Positions 36,917 to 52,996 of a DNA stretch of 64,000 nt are shown piece after piece. The translations under genes and the position numbers were made by a program. The stretch is from Paramecium tetraurelia (lineage: Eukaryota): the NCBI GenBank assembly GCA_000165425.1, contig CT868574.1, positions 310,001-374,000 of the forward strand. The letters run 5' to 3'. Below the pieces are notes generated by a model. It made no database searches. It worked only from the letters and a program-made list of their open reading frames with translations, and had not been told where the DNA came from. Within the stretch, counting starts at the first letter, position 1, and every line of letters starts with the position of its first letter.

Positions 36917-38034
36917 TCAATCTTATAATAGATTGGAAATATATCCATCCACATTAACTAACTAATTCAACATATAGCTACCTTAAGCTAATGTTAAAAT
37001 TTGATACTCATGTAATTCTATAGGACCACAGATCAATTTATATTATTTTCTAGGATAAAATGTAATTAAAAAAATAATCTATTCTGAAGTAATTCCTTGA
37101 ACAACTATACTTTAATGCACTCATCAGCAATCCTTGCCATTTATTTGTAAAGATACTTTCATCCCTTATAGTTTTATTGGTTGTCTATATATATATATCT
37201 TGCTCTTAGAGAGTTCACTATTATGAAAATATAGTCTAGCAGTTGTATTAGTCATATGTTACTTTAATAATCTTATCTTATAAGGAGAATCTTTTTTAAT
37301 TTTGAGTATTCTTTCTCTAAACTCTACGAATATATCTTTTATAATACACACTTAATTGTTGGCTTCAAAAATATGCAAAAATCACACAAAGCTTGCTTAT
37401 TCAATAAGGAGTTTCATTGTTGCAGAAATAATTTTTGAAAAGTAAAGTGTTTTATCATAATTTTACCTAGCCAAAATGATTCTTATATTTTCAATATGAA
37501 TAATTTCAATACTTAAATCATTGTAGATTCTGAAGATAGGAAAGATCTATATATATTTTAGATCCTCAATAAAATAGATATTTAATACATAAATATTAAT
37601 TATTAGTATTGGAATATATAAAATAGATAAATAATCATGAAGCTATAAGCATTGCAAAATTTAATGACCTTTAATATCTTTACATATTATTTCAACTCAT
37701 CATAACACTCAATAAGAGAAAATATTTTGAAAAGCGATAAAACACGCTAGAATAAAGAACTAGATAATTATACTATAGCCTCTAGATTTTATCTTCATTA
37801 ATTTCTTGTTATTTTAAAGTTAACATAACTTAATCCAAAACTTAGCAACCATCTTATTCCATGAATTCTATCCATTTAACATAATCAATAAATTATATGA
37901 TTCAATAATATCTGATATGCTTAGCCTAGCTCTGATATTTTTCTCTTAATATGATTTAAATATGTAAAAATATGTCGTTGCAAATTATTCAAATACCACT
38001 GGAATCCCTGAAATGTTTTTCTTTTAAAAATCAT
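36917..38034 (-). CDS. Hypothetical protein
   Basis: Coding-like minus-strand frame ending ...GYISNLLQD* at 36917; internal introns inferred. Confidence 0.45.
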
Positions 38035-38086
38035 AAAATTATATCTTAATAAATTAATTATAAAAATAGCCAATAAATATATAATA

Positions 38087-41000
38087 TCAATCAATTTAAA
38101 TGATCAGAGCCACTCCTCTTTTAGACCAATGTTTCTTTTCATTCTTAATTGGTATTTTAATATTGCAGATAAAGTTGATTGATAAACCATTTGAGGTCAG
38201 AACTCCTTTTCTTTGAGAAGTATTATATAAAGGACAGGAGTAATGATTATATTTTTTTGGCTAATTAGTTGGTATAAACTTAATAATTGGGCATTTAAAA
38301 AATAATATGTTGAGATCTGGTTCTAGTAGAGTTTATTCTTCCAAATCAAATTGAGCTCCATCAATTGATAATCCTTCAATAAAAATTCCATGTTGAGAAC
38401 CTTGATTTGGAATTTGTTTCATAAACTCAAAATCAAATTTTAATTAATCAATTGGAATCTTGGATTTTCTTGAATAATTCTGTAATACTGCAGTTAAGAA
38501 TCCTTGAATAAAGAAAAAGCTTCCAAGCCAAAAGATTGTAGGTTCTCCATTATTAATCCAACTGTCTAAAAATTGAATTCTTTTAAGCAAATCGCTGAAC
38601 CATGATCCTAAAGGCTTAGTAGTCAAATAAGAGAGCTTGCTCCAATCTGAGGGTATTTTATTATCGAAAATGGAATTGTAAATGTCATTTAGTTAATCTG
38701 TCATATTAATGTAGCCTTCCAGTGCTTGCATCAGTTATTCTAATGAATTGAATATTTGAGAAATTAATTTATTATACTTATTAACTTCTTATTAGATGAG
38801 TGTATGCATAGAATTGTCTTAGAGTAATGGATACTTTGATTCAACTAATGAAATATTAAATTAAGCTGGTAGTTCATTTAAAATAGATCTTCCTTTCTTC
38901 TAAACTAATTTGTCTGGATGAATGCTTTAGTCTCCTAAAGTTCTTGGAAGCAATTACAAGATCGTCGAACTTAAGTTTTCAGTATCTAAAATGGCAGAGT
39001 AGATTTCAGCATTTGGATGCAATCCGAATAACTGAGGAGGATCAGCAATTGGAAAGGTTGCTATATATTCTATATATCCCTTTAATGGCATTTCTGAAGG
39101 CACTTTATAAACATCGTTGAATGAAAAGCCTTCCACAATGTCTTTGTTAATAAGATCGGAAACATAAATATTTAACAACTTCCTATCAACAGGATCAGTG
39201 ACTCTACCTCCATAATTATTTTCTGCTATTAGGTAATGAAGAGCATCCCAAGGAATATCATTATTTTAATCCAGAAAATACAGAATCTATTCTTTAGACA
39301 TTTCTAAATCATGTTATGAGAAATTATATCCTATGTTCCATCCTAATGGTCCATACTTTTTACGTTCAAGCAAACAAGCATGAAGAAGAGCCAAAGAAAA
39401 AAATAAATTCTTCCATTCCTTTAATCTTTTACATAATTCAAACTTCTCCGGGTCTTGAGACAAATATGACCTCAACATATTATTCTTAATTCCCCTTGGC
39501 AATTCGTATGTCATTTTGAGAGCTAAAAATATGAGATGAATTAATTTACCTCTTATAATTACATTTTATGGTAATAGATTAGTAGGCAAAGTAGTTAACC
39601 AGAGTCTAAAATTTGTATGTATATTTTGCTTCAATTAATTTTCGTAAAGTTTTTCTAATTCAGGCATAAATGAGGCTGCCAGATGACAATTTTATAAGAG
39701 CACCCAATTTCCATTTTAGATAGCCTTCAAGATTAACTTAATTGCTAATTAACTCTATCCTTATCCCAATGAGATAACATTAAGCTTATCTTAAAATCCG
39801 TATTTATGAGCTAAACCAATGATTTCAGATCTTGGATCAGCTCCTGGAGTTGTGACACAGAGCAATGGAGTATTTTGATCAGATTCCAGATAAAATTATT
39901 CAAATGTGATGGGAATGCTTTCTAAGAAAATTTAGCCCATAAATGTTCTAATCATTTCATTTGTGGCTTGAATGAATTATTCTGGTTTGATGATTTTAAC
40001 TATCATGTTAATTTAGAATTAATCTAAATTTAGGATTTAATTCTTGAAACTATGAGAAGTAGTATAGAAATGATCCCAAAATGGTTTATTATTACTAAAT
40101 GAATCACAAATCCCTTTAAAGATGTGTGGATATTATTATTAGAGGTCAACCAATGCTAACCACATTTTGTATGTCAACCATGAATAATCTTTAGGCATAG
40201 GTATTTCAGTAGAAGTCAAAGAACATCCCATAACTGATGTTCTAACCAGGTTGATGGGAACATTCATTAATCGTTGACATAAGAGAAATCTAAAAATCAA
40301 TTTATCTTTTTCTAGCAAAGATCGATTGACAGCATTGTAAAGCATTAATATGAATTTGTCAATGATATTTTGATTTCTCTTAAGTTTACCTTGCTATGCT
40401 TCTTTAATAGCCTTAGAATAAAGAGCAACATAGAAATCTAAGGACCACAAATAAGTGGGTTCAACTGTTGCTAAATAATAGACTACAAAGTATAAATTGG
40501 CAACAGTTTCAGCCACTTATTAATAGGATTACCTGGTGACATTGAATGCCTGACTATCAGTCTCTAACTTACGAATTCTTTCTTCAATGTTATTGCCTTC
40601 ATCTTTTGTATTCTGGAGAGCGATAATGATAGTCTCATTTTATAATAAATCTCCTCCTGCTTAAGAGAGTAGTTCCAACATTTAATCTTCTGTTTTGATT
40701 AGTTTATCCTGATTGGAGATAAAGTAAAAGATATTCTTAATTCTCAATTCTTCCTTTACTGGTTCATCAATTTTGACAACCACATTCAACATTTGATCAG
40801 TTAATCCTTGAAGTGTTGCTTAGAAGTTCAATAGAGTAACCATAACGCAAATTTAAGGTTGGTAATGTGGATTGTCTAATTTAGTGGTAAGGTAGAATCT
40901 AAAATCATTAGATTGTTCAATGACTTTATCAAAGAATTTAATTTGAGCAGTTGATCCAAAGTCCTTCTAAGATAAGATTTAAATAAAGAGAGGATCAATG

Positions 41001-44000
41001 TCTTCTGTGACATTTTCAACTAAAACAGCATATCCAATTTAAATAGCATGTTCTAATTGCAATTAGACTTATTGGATTGGTGATCTTGCATTAAATATCA
41101 ATAAACTTTTGCTGTCTTCCATATTTCTAATCCATTGATTTGCTTACAATTAAGGATCGATAATCAAAGGCCATTTAGATGACTATTTCAAGATGATGGC
41201 ATTATCAATAGAAAATTGATCATTCGGCAATTTCTGTTGTAACCATTTGTTAATCTACAAAGGATCACTCAACTGTTTTTACAATTGGAATGGTGAGGAA
41301 GATTAAATACCCTCTTATAACAATTTCATCTACCATAATTGTATAGCATTTTCTCTATATTGTATGGGAAATACTCCCATATAAGATATCAAGGCTGAAC
41401 ATAGAATGCTATCTCCTTCAAGAGTGTTTTATTCTGCTTTAATCTTCTGGGTTTTCTTTTTCCACCTGACTTTTTCATCTGAAAGATTATTGGTCAATTT
41501 TTCTGCTCTTTACAATTGTATAGTGATACTTTCAACTTTTTATTCAATCTACTCTTTTTCAATCCTAGCCTTTTGATACTCATTCGACAATCTCTTCAAT
41601 TCAATCATGACTTCATCCAAAGCAGATCTTTTGACGCCTAATTTCTCTTCTGCATCTTTCAATCTAACTTCAGCTTCTGCTAATTGCTACTTCTTAGGTT
41701 CAATAATTTCGACTGCTTAATAACTATTCAAAACAGCTCTGATCCAATCAGAAAGGTTGCCTGCAGCCGTAGAGGCATTAAATACTTTGTCTCTTTCGAA
41801 TAATGGATTTTATGAGAACACTTCTAGTTTTTCAATATTCACAATATTGATTGATCTGATCTCTTCTAATTTCATCTTCTTGATTCTTTTGATTAGTTTG
41901 TCATTCAATAGATTCTTTTTTGCAAAATCCCAGAAGTCTTGAATAGTTGGAGGATCTTTGTTCTTTGATTAAACTTGATCGTCGATTTCGAATGCATAAC
42001 AGAGTCCCTCCATTACAATAGCTGCCGAAGGAGGAGGGTAAATGAATGACTTCAATAAAATCATATCTTCCCTTGAAATCTTCTCTAACGCATCTGTAGC
42101 CTATTTAAGCAAAGGAATAACGTTATTTAATTAGGTCTAACATAGATTTCTCAAAGAATTAGCTTCTTCTCTTTAAACACTACATTCTTTTTCGTCCTGT
42201 TCACATACCATTCTCTTTTAATCTGCATCCTGCTATCTTTTCTTAATCTTCTTCAAGAGAATCTGATTATCATTCGTTGCCTTCTCCAATTGAGGTTGCA
42301 ATTCAAAGAGCATATTCCTTATCTTATCTACTTCCTATTCAGTGTGTAGAATCTTTTCAATTCCTGTTTCCATTCTATCAATAGCCTTCCTTGATCGCAA
42401 TACTCTTTCCTCATAAATCTTCTGATAGATCTTCAACATCTATAGATACTAGGTGGGAGTCACATAGAAGTATCTTCTCATCTCCTCTTTGTACTTATCA
42501 GTGAGATCGAGTACTTTGTGATGAATATCCACAGCCACCTTCACTAAAGCATTCTGTTTGAGAAATCCAAAGGCAGTAGATTCTAAAGCTTCATCTGACC
42601 AACTCATAAACCAATCGATGGTTGTACTATTAATAATGGCTGGAAAGGATCGTAAACGTTTACGTATAGTCTCACCTATTGGTTACATACACAATATGAT
42701 ATGCATGTTGTGTTTACAATTTTTGATGAATTAGGAGTATGGCAATTCTTCTTAAACTTTGATTCTTTCCTCAGGAGGGAATAGATGAGACACCTCGCCA
42801 TGAGTCATGATATTACAGATGTCTTCCAACATGTAATCCTAATGAAATTGAGATTCCTAGAAGATTAATGTTATTATTCTATTTTCCATTCCTGAGTCTT
42901 TGAGTACTGTCAACAGATTTTCATCCCATTATTTAGAATCAATGGTTTCTGCTGATTGCTAAAACAAGATGAAATTAGCCAACTTTGATAATGAGGCTAA
43001 AATATAGTAATGTTTTTCATACTTCTGCCACTTCCACCCATACCAATTAGCAATGCATGTCCACTTAACAAAATCCTTGAGATTCTGGCCACGTGTAAAA
43101 TAGCATTAGTAAACAGTATCAATTCCATTTTGTATTGTTATTATTGATAGTTATATTATTCTAAATACCATTTAACTTTGTCCAATACTCGATGCATCAA
43201 AGGAGCCTCCTCATATTAGTTGTTGAATAACGGCAGGAATAGATTGTGTTGAAGATGATCAGGGTACAACTACTGAAGTGATTCCTTCATGATATCATTG
43301 TAAATCTTGAGGTCATTCATGTCTACCAATCTATCACTAAATATCCTAGCACATTCATGGCACCATAATTTAACCAAATATTATTAATTAATGATCTTGT
43401 GTACTTTGCTCATTCCCTAAAATATCTTGAAGATGTCTCTAACTGTATATATGTAATGTGATTTCGAGGGAGTGGGTAACAACTTGGTTTGCACCTTCTC
43501 GAATAAGAACAGCGTTGTAACTATAATCTAATCCTTGATATTCAAGAACTCCACCCCATTCTCTATCTTGATCGACAACCAATAGATAAACACCTCCAAC
43601 ATATTCGTCATGCTCTCGTTGTCAAATCCTCCGATATACAAAATATTGAAGAATCTCAGAAATCTCTTTGTCACCTAATTCCTTCCACTTACATTTGGTT
43701 GCATGGCTCCAAGGAATGTGATATCACACATGTATTTGAATTCCTTATTGTCCAAGTCATACCACCCTCCCATCTCCATCCATTGTCTTAGTAGTTCTAT
43801 AGCAGGCTAAGCACCTTCAGGTTCTCTGTAAGGCATGTTTAGATCATCAATAAATATAAAGATGTGACCTTCCTCTGATGCATAATAACCCTTCCTCCTT
43901 CTCTTATTGATTTTGGTCTCGATCAATCGCTAGATAGAATTGCCTGTAGTTGAACCAGAACAAACAATTTGGAATCCTGATTTTGCTGCCATGGATAGAG

Positions 44001-47000
44001 TTTTTCCAGTGCCTGTTGGTCCACAATAAAGCATATGGAGACCTATAGTAGCCAGATAGTCATTGCGAATGGAGGATTGTGTTTGGACAACTATTTGATG
44101 GAATTGCATTTCAGGATTGATCTGCTTTTTGTTGCTAAGCTATTTAATAAATGAAATGAGATTACATTGATCCATTTGACCCACTTTCCATTTGAAAAAC
44201 AATATAAGAAATAATCAATGCCATCATTATTGGGAAATTAGAAAGTTGCTTCATCTTAATAGATAGTCTACAAATCAGATTTATTAGTTTTGATTAATTG
44301 ATTGATAAATTTACTGAATTGAGGCCTATAGATCTCATCCATGGCTGCCCCCACAGACCAAACCAAAGCAAAGATCATCATGTTGTCCATATTATTTGGA
44401 GTTTTCTCCTCATCACTAAGGAAGGTCAAACATTTCTTGGTGAGATTAATAAAGTTGGAAACAAGGATAGTCTCAATGTACATAACAGGGAATTTGACAT
44501 GCAACTTGGTCCATGCCAAGGTATGATCAATCAAACTAAATATTGAATAATATGTTACAATCTCATTCGTCTTATAAAATAATCTAGATCGAAGCCATTT
44601 GGCAATTATAGTGAGGCAATCAAGGATGGCCATTTGAATGGAATATAATATATCATACCACATCTAGATACAGTGGCAGGAGAGGCTGCAGAGAGATCTT
44701 CAACTTCGAAGACCATGCACATCGTAGTTGGGATTTTCAATATTTCACCAGATGTTAAACATAATTTCTGATTATCATCTAAGACGGTGTTTAAGTTCTC
44801 GATCCAAAGTGAATCTACAGGACCATCAAAATGAATCCAAATCCTCTGGGGTTTCTCAATGTTTTCTCTAATTAAAATGGGAGCTACTCCATCAGACCAT
44901 TGTCTTGTATCAGGATCCAAGAACCCATATAACTAATCAGTGTTAATAGATTTTGGGTTGAGTTTAAAGATCTGACAATTCAGAGCTTTGGCCAGAACTT
45001 AAATGGTCGTTGTTTTACCTGAGAATGTCTCACCAATACACATAACTCCATTTCTGACATTGATGTTGTTTTGCAATTCTTCGATTTTCGATAAGAACAA
45101 CTTATCCATTTAACAATTCAACTCTGAACATGCTTCTTCTAATTCCAATTGATTGGATTCAACTGGTTTTATATCAGGGAACAAATCCTTTGTAATTGCC
45201 ATGAAGAGATCGACATCATTGGGTATAAATTTTGGTTTATTTACGTTGATGATTGCTGTCAAACATATTTCCTCTTCATATCCTTCGTACATATTCTTGG
45301 CTGCACTCAGTATAGCCTTGAGAGCTCTCATACCGAAATCATAATGTTCCTAAGAGGATAATTATTCGTTGCACAATCTCAAACATGTAACTATCTTTTG
45401 ACTCAATTCTCTGGCCTTCTCAAATCCAGTACTGTACAAATAAATTTCAGCGATCATCGCATAATCTGGCACCACCATAGCACAAGGTCGAAACAAGATC
45501 TACAGATTATCTGGTAACTCAGATCTCCCTGCATAACCTGGATTCATTGTTATATTGATAGACACAGTCAAAGTTAAGTTAATGTGCACTCCTTCAAAGT
45601 TGAATTGCTTCCTCTTTTCCTTTACTGCCTAGAATATTGTGTAGATCTATTGAGCAACCACTGACAACACCTCTGGATCCAATCTATTGAATTCATCGAA
45701 ACAACACCACGATCCTGAAGAAGCCAATCCCTTGAAAAACTTACCCATGGCTATATAATTTAATCCTTCAGAACAATTAAATACAATACAAGGCATACCA
45801 ATTGCTTTTGCCAAATCCTTCACCGTTTCTGTTTTCCCTGTTCCAGCTGGTCCTTCAGGAGCTCCTCCATAATTCATGTTTAATGCACTTAACAGAGTTC
45901 TTTGACATCGATCAGTTAATTTAGTTATCACCAATCTAGTTAGATTCCCCAAATATTCAAAACCATATTGCAATACTGAATTGACCATCTTGACATTAAC
46001 CACAAACTCTTATTCCACAATTTCATTATAAAATCTCATCTGCGAAATCCAAACAAACTCATTTGCATCTTGAACATTCTTCTTATACAAAGTATCCACG
46101 ATGTCTTTCTGATGTACTTCAATTACAACCATAGCCTCCAAGGTAGCTGTTTGTAATTTGTTTTGATCTGATCTTACTAATAACACGGTGTCTTAAAGTT
46201 CTTTGTGTAATATACTTAAATATAATTTTAGATTCATTTTTTGTTGCTGTCTAATAGCAGTTTCTGTGCTTCTAGTCCATTTAATTTAATTGGCCAATAG
46301 AATAGATTATGTTGGCCATTTTGTAATGAATTCTTACTTTGTGCAATTCAAATCTTTCAATGTTCTGTTTGATATCCTCGAAATGGACTTTTTCATTTGT
46401 GTCTCTAATTCCTATAACCACAATTCCACATTGCCAGATTTATCATCCTATGCTACATTAATTGCCTACTCCAGAGGAACACATTCCTTCAATGATGAAT
46501 AGAACCCTGTAATCAGGGAATACTTCTCGAACTTTAATTCCTATATGGATTCAAAACATTTATAGATATGTCTTTGCACCTACACAGGCTCTTTCGTTTG
46601 TGCCAGTATCTCGACTAATTCTTCATCAGAAACAAAATAGAATCTTGGAAAGAGCACTCTCTTTGATTCTAAATAAATGGTTAAACTTTTTTGAATCTGA
46701 TCGAGCATCAAAACATTATTGCTGAACTCTACTTTCATCTTCTCAGAATCTATGCATTCCCATATCTTCCTATTCTGATTAAAGTTTTCCATGCACATCT
46801 TAAATGATTGATCAACATTCCTAAAGAATTAAGCCTCCTTTGCCAATTTCTTCTTGATGTCCTCACTAGTAAAGATGGGATCCAAATAAATCCAGTGTTT
46901 CTAACATTTCATACCATATTCCAAAGTATCCTATATCAGAACTGTCTTATACTCCAATTAATTGGCCTTACTCAACACCATCTTCACATGTGGTTGGGCT

Positions 47001-50000
47001 TTTAATATGCCCAAAACATTTAATTATTCATCTAATAGCATCTAAACCTCCTCGTAATTTTTAAATATGTATGTATCTTTATAAGGTACAATCTCAATCA
47101 CAATTACTGATAACTTATCCTACATTTCATTTAGTCTCTTCTCTATGTTCCACCCCTTCTCTGCTCTCTAAGAAACTGCCAGCACTTACTCCTTTACATT
47201 CAGGATTCCTCTTGTGATCAGAATTTACAACGGAAAATCCTCCTTTGGATCAAAGTTTGCTATATGACATTCTCTAAACAGGTCTCTCCAAAAGGACGGC
47301 TTTTTCTGAAATGCTTCAATAACTAGAGCTTCAATAATCCAAATGAATTCTTTTGATCTCTCCATGGCTGCTCTGAGTCCTCTAAGAAATTATTGAGCAT
47401 ATTCATTATTGACATCTTTGAAATATTGAGTCATCTTAATGGTTTAGTTCACATAATCATTTATTTTTATTTGAATGTCTTATGAATTCAACTTCTTAAA
47501 TGATCCATATAACCATTGATCTTTTTACTACTCAAAATTACTAGCCAATTCCCATAACTTCTGATATGGTTAAAACTCACTAATTAATAAATCTAATTGA
47601 GGGTAGGTGGAATTAGGTAAACCGAACAATCCTTCTCTCTAATGAAATGAATGTGTCATCTCCTTTGCATCATCAAAATATAAATTAAGCTACCTAACAG
47701 CAGGTAATTTATGCTTAACCTCCTCATAAGAATGAAACGTTTTAATCTCAGTGAATAATTCTGAAATCTTGTAGATATGTTCTTCAAACTCATACTTCTC
47801 AGCTTAAAGTTTCTGCAAGAATTGTTTCTCTTGTTTTTCAATCATATTTTTATTCATTTGCACCAATTCAGTGATATCTTATGGCCAATATTTCAAATAA
47901 AAGAAGTCCACCATTAAATTGAAATCAAAAGGAACATAAAACATGTTTAATACTTCTAACATTTATCCTCTAAACTATAAATGAAATTATATACATCTAC
48001 AATATCTCTACTTTCTTTCTTGAAAACTCCATTTTCAACTCTCCTAACAGCAATTTCAATTCCACCAACTTCTCCTCAGTGTTGGGTAATGTTGAGCTCT
48101 TTGATTGTATCTCATCAAACTAAGACTTTATATTTGCTGTATTATGTTTGATCAAATCAATTATTTTCTATTAAAGATATGAATTCATACATTTGTTATT
48201 TGGTTGGCTTGATCTTAAACTTTCTCCTTCAATACAAATTTTAAATCATTTAAATTAACTGAAAATAACCCCAATCTACTTCTAGTATTACACAAATGAT
48301 CAATTTCCAAAAGTGCACTTTTAGATTATTGCAATCTTGTCACAATCTATTGCTTATTAATTGATGTTATTGATTTTTCTTTGGGTTCAATTCCTAAAAT
48401 TTCAGCAATTTCCTTTGATTTTAAAGGAATCAAGAATTTCTTAAATTTTTAGAATCTTTCAACTAAATTGTAACATTTTTAATATTCCATTGTTATTATC
48501 TGTATAATTTCTTCTTCTAAATCATGAATTTATTTTTGATCAAATATATCTTTAAGTGTTTCCTTTAATAATAACAAAGTCATCAATTCGCTTCTAATAG
48601 TTTAGAATTTTTGTACAAATATCAACAATGACCTACAAGGTTTTAATAATTATTCTATAATATCGTTTAAAGAGTATTAGATATAAATAATTGGATCATT
48701 CTATTTAATCATCTGAACATTCGAAAGACGAATGTCCTTCCTTGACATTTTACCACCCTTAGGTATAATAATTTTGACACTCAGTTCAAGAAGGGTGCTT
48801 AATTCAATTTTGATTTCATTCTTATCATCATAAGTATATTGTTTTAAGAATAACTTCAAAATATAGTATTCCTTCTCGATCTACTTCTTTAGAAAGGTTA
48901 GATAGATATAATTAATTTTTGTGAGTAACTTATCAAGTTGTCCACCTTTGAACTGATCTAACTGTGTGGTTACAAAGCTATGTTCTTTCGACAAACAATC
49001 TTATATATTGGATAGCATAAATAATCTTTAATTTTTGAATTCGTTAAGTTAGAGTGCAATTTGCTAATCAATATGATGATTAAATTCCTCTAATTTTAAT
49101 GGTAAATGAATCAATCTAAAATCATAGGTGTATACTGTATAATCCTCAATTCTTTAAATCATATTTTACACAGCACATATTGCTGACTTTTTGTAGAAGT
49201 GTACCAATTTTTTCAGTTGTTTTCGATTAGAAGTATAAAATTGATACCTGTCTTATGGTATAAATTTATATTTGTTATCAAAATTGCCTACTGCGCATTT
49301 CTTCATAGCTACAATATATTCACTCGAAATTTCATCTAGCAGAGACGTAGTCATAGAAGCGTTAATATATTTCTTGAATAATTTTTATCTCAGGGTTTTA
49401 GGGAATTATGAAACTTCAGTACTATGCACAGACATAATTTATTATAATTTCTTGTGTTCTATCTTCTTTAGTAATTACCTCTATTAACTTTTATATATTC
49501 ATTTTGTTACTTGGATTGTTAAACTTTCTAATATATTTCTTAGTTTTAATTTACAAATTGCAGAGAGAGTCTATCCACTTTCTTAATTTGACCACCAGGA
49601 TACTTTTAAACTATAAACTTATTTTATTGAATGTCAAGATCCAATATTGCAACATCCTCCCAAAAATATTGACTATCTACTTATAAATCTAAATACTTTG
49701 ATTTTTAATGGAAAAACTGGCATTTCGCCTATGGAGGTTCAATTTCTTTGCAATGCTCTAACCATTCCAAATTACTCTTTTCTTATTGTTGTTCCAAATA
49801 AATTATATCCGTACTCGACCTTCTACTATCAAATTGCTTTTAAGAAGAACGCTAATTTGTCAATATTTTTAATCCATATATATTTTACTCTTCCTTGGAA
49901 TTTACATATTTCTTTTTAGACAATGAACGTTATGATTTCAAAACAAATGATCCATTTATCGGAGAATTAATGCTACATTACTTTAAATCTAGTACCTCTG

Positions 50001-50153
50001 ATCAGATTCAAATGAGTCAACCAAACTTTTAAACTCCAATTCCTATTCTCTAATTCTCGACAAATCAAATTTCCGAATCTGAACAGGAGCCTTAATAGAT
50101 AGCCTTTATTTTGCCACATTTTTGAGATCAAGTACTCTAATATTTCTACTCAT
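38087..50153 (-). CDS. Axonemal dynein heavy chain, probably inner-arm (single-headed) type
   Basis: AAA1 [14 protein letters not shown] and CFDEFNR; AAA2 [11 protein letters not shown]3 GPTGTGKT; stalk coiled coil; [23 protein letters not shown]-terminal HWSKRGVAL. Confidence 0.95.
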
Positions 50154-50507
50154 TTTATAATTAAAATTAATCAATTGCTAAATGATAAAATGTTTAATCA
50201 AAATTTTCATAAACTCTTTCATAACTTTAACTTAACTACTACTATGAGTCACATAATAGTAACTATGATTATGATTGCTATAACTTTAAGAATATAATAT
50301 TCAACACATTTATTATCCTCTTAATGACTAATTGTTCTCAAAAACAATGAAGTATGGGTTATATTCGAATTTCATTTGAATCAAAACCTTATTGTTAATG
50401 CATAATATAAAATTTATATAAATTTAATAGTAATTAAAAAATGATGTATTATGGTTTGAGAATGTTTAATATAAGATGTTTTGAATTACACAATAATTAA
50501 TTATTTC

Positions 50508-52490
50508 ATGATTTATATACTCCTTTGTGTAGCCTTAGCTATTGGAGCAGAAATAGATGTTAATACATTTAGCAATTACATAGAAGTGAGTCAAGAGCAT
50601 GTCCATATTGAATGGCTTCTTGATTTAGATGAGCAATATATAAATGCTACGAGTTAATCAATTTTCAGGGTTAATACTAATAAATTAAAGAAAGTAATGA
50701 ATTCTCATTATGATTAAGATTGACTTGGATATATATCAATTAAGTATAATAGCAGTTTATTTGTCATCTTCAGGAAATGTTTTATAACATGAAATAATAA
50801 ACAAAGGAGATCAATCGCTTTTGTAAGGAGATGTTCTCTCGATTCAATTAGATAGAGTTTATACTAGAGGAGAATACATTAAGTTAAACATAAAATATAA
50901 TTTGGATTCAAAAGGAGCAAGAGCATTAGGATTTTTAACTAAAGAATAAACCTATAGTAAAGCAGTTCCATATCTATTTTCGCAATGTGAAGATAATAAT
51001 TGCAGATCTATAATTCCCTTATAAGATACACCAAGCATCAAAGTGTTCTTTACAGCAACTGTTTTGGTGAAAGATCCTCGTATCAATGTATTTATGACAG
51101 GGAATAAATTGTATAATACGAAATTCAAATTACTCAATAATTATGAAAATTTGTAAGCACTAACACTCTATCAGTTTGAATTGGATATCAAGATTCCAGC
51201 ATACTTGATTGGAATTATAGCAGGTGAAGTGGTTGAAAAATCTACAGGAAATGGCACATATGTGATAGCAGAGCCTCATTTCATTGATGAATATGCTTAA
51301 GAGTTGTCTGATTTGCCAGTATACATGAAGAAAATGTAAGATTACATTGGACCATACATTTGGGGAGATTATAAAATTGTCATTTTGCCAGCCTCATTCC
51401 CATTTGGAGGTATGGAACATCCTTTATTAACCTTCGCAAGTCCAACTATTATAGTAGGTGATAAGAGTGGAGTTGGTACTGCCATTCATGAAATTGCTCA
51501 TTCTTGGGTTGGAAATACAGTTACAGGAAGAAATTGGGCAAACTTTTGGATTAATGAAGGATTTTGTGTATTTTTAGAAAGAAAGATCTTATCTAGATTA
51601 AATGGATTGGATTCTGTTAAATTAGATGCAATTAATGGTAATTCTAGTGCATTTACGTCAATGCAAACTTTTGGTTTAGATAACTCATTCTCTAGTATGC
51701 ATCCAAATACTACAAACAGAAATCCTGATGAATCAACTAGTCGTGTTCCATATGAGAAAGGATATTAATTATTAACATATTTGGAAAGTTTAATTAAAGA
51801 AGATCCATTTTAATAATTCTTAAGAGATTACATAGAGAATTTCAAATTTTAGAGTATAGATGAAGATTAACTTTATTAATTTTTATTAAGTTGGGTTAGG
51901 AAAAACAAATAAGAAGAAGCCTAAAGGATCATTGAAGAAATTTAAAAAATATGGAAAAAGTGGGTTTATACACCAGGTCTAGCACCAATCACAATTGATT
52001 TATCAACTCCATTGTTCACTGATGCAAATAACTTAGCTAAAGCATGGATTGATGGAAAAGGATAGGCTCCAGAAAAGGCAAATGATTTTCAATAATACAA
52101 ACCAAATCAAAAGAGTGTGTTCTTCTAATATTTAATTGATAACTATAAAGATGTTGAAACTGCAGTAATGACAAAAATGGATGAAAAATATAAACTCACA
52201 TTTTATAAGGATTAGAAGACTGTATATAAATGGTATAGGCTTGTTTTATTAGTGAAATACGATCAGGCGCTTGAAGGAGTTCATGATTTTGTATCTAAAG
52301 TAGGAGTATCAAGTTACTTAAAAGTATTATATGATTTGTTGGGTTAGAATTATAAGTATATATAATTTTATATAAAAGTAAACAAGCATATGATTGGTTT
52401 GATGAGAATAAGACCTTTTATCATCCAGTTGTAGTCTAAGCCATTGAAAAAATATTATAAAAATACCCTAAGAAACTTATTGTTGAATGA
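50508..52490 (+). CDS. M1 zinc aminopeptidase, leukotriene A4 hydrolase-like, with a signal peptide
   Basis: PFGGMEHP, HEIAHSW...NEGF zinc motif, VPYEKG; hydrophobic N-terminus MIYILLCVALAIGA. Confidence 0.92.
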
Positions 52491-52726
52491 ATAAATTACA
52501 AAAGTATTTAAGATATAATTATTGTTTTCTTAAAAATTATAAATCGTTTTATTTAGATATATCATCATATCATTTTATATTATTTATCTTTCTTTTCTTA
52601 TAAAGGGAGAAATAGTAAAACCAGATAATGATGTGGTTCAAATTAACTCATTAAAAAAGTCATAATTTTGATTTATTAATTTTCAAGTTTGATACCAATA
52701 ATTTGTTATTTAAATTTAAATAACAT

Positions 52727-52996
52727 ATGGGTTGTACCATTTAAAAGAAAGTAAGAGAAAAACATGTCAATTCATAATAACAATTAAGTATAGCTACTTA
52801 GGAAGTCTAAAAAAAATAATCTTCGCCTAAAATAGAAAATATGACAATTGAAACTCCCTCTCAGCTTAATCTAAGAGCCCAGAGACTTAAAGATGTGAGA
52901 CACATTTTACTGAATGGATATCCAAATTCTCCCAAAAGTAAAATTAGTAGAAAGGAATCTGGACAAATTTCATAGATTGAATAAAGAAGGATTTGA
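52727..52996 (+). CDS. Small protein (89 aa) with MGC acylation motif
   Basis: MGCTIQKK... to in-frame TGA 52994-52996. Confidence 0.6.
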
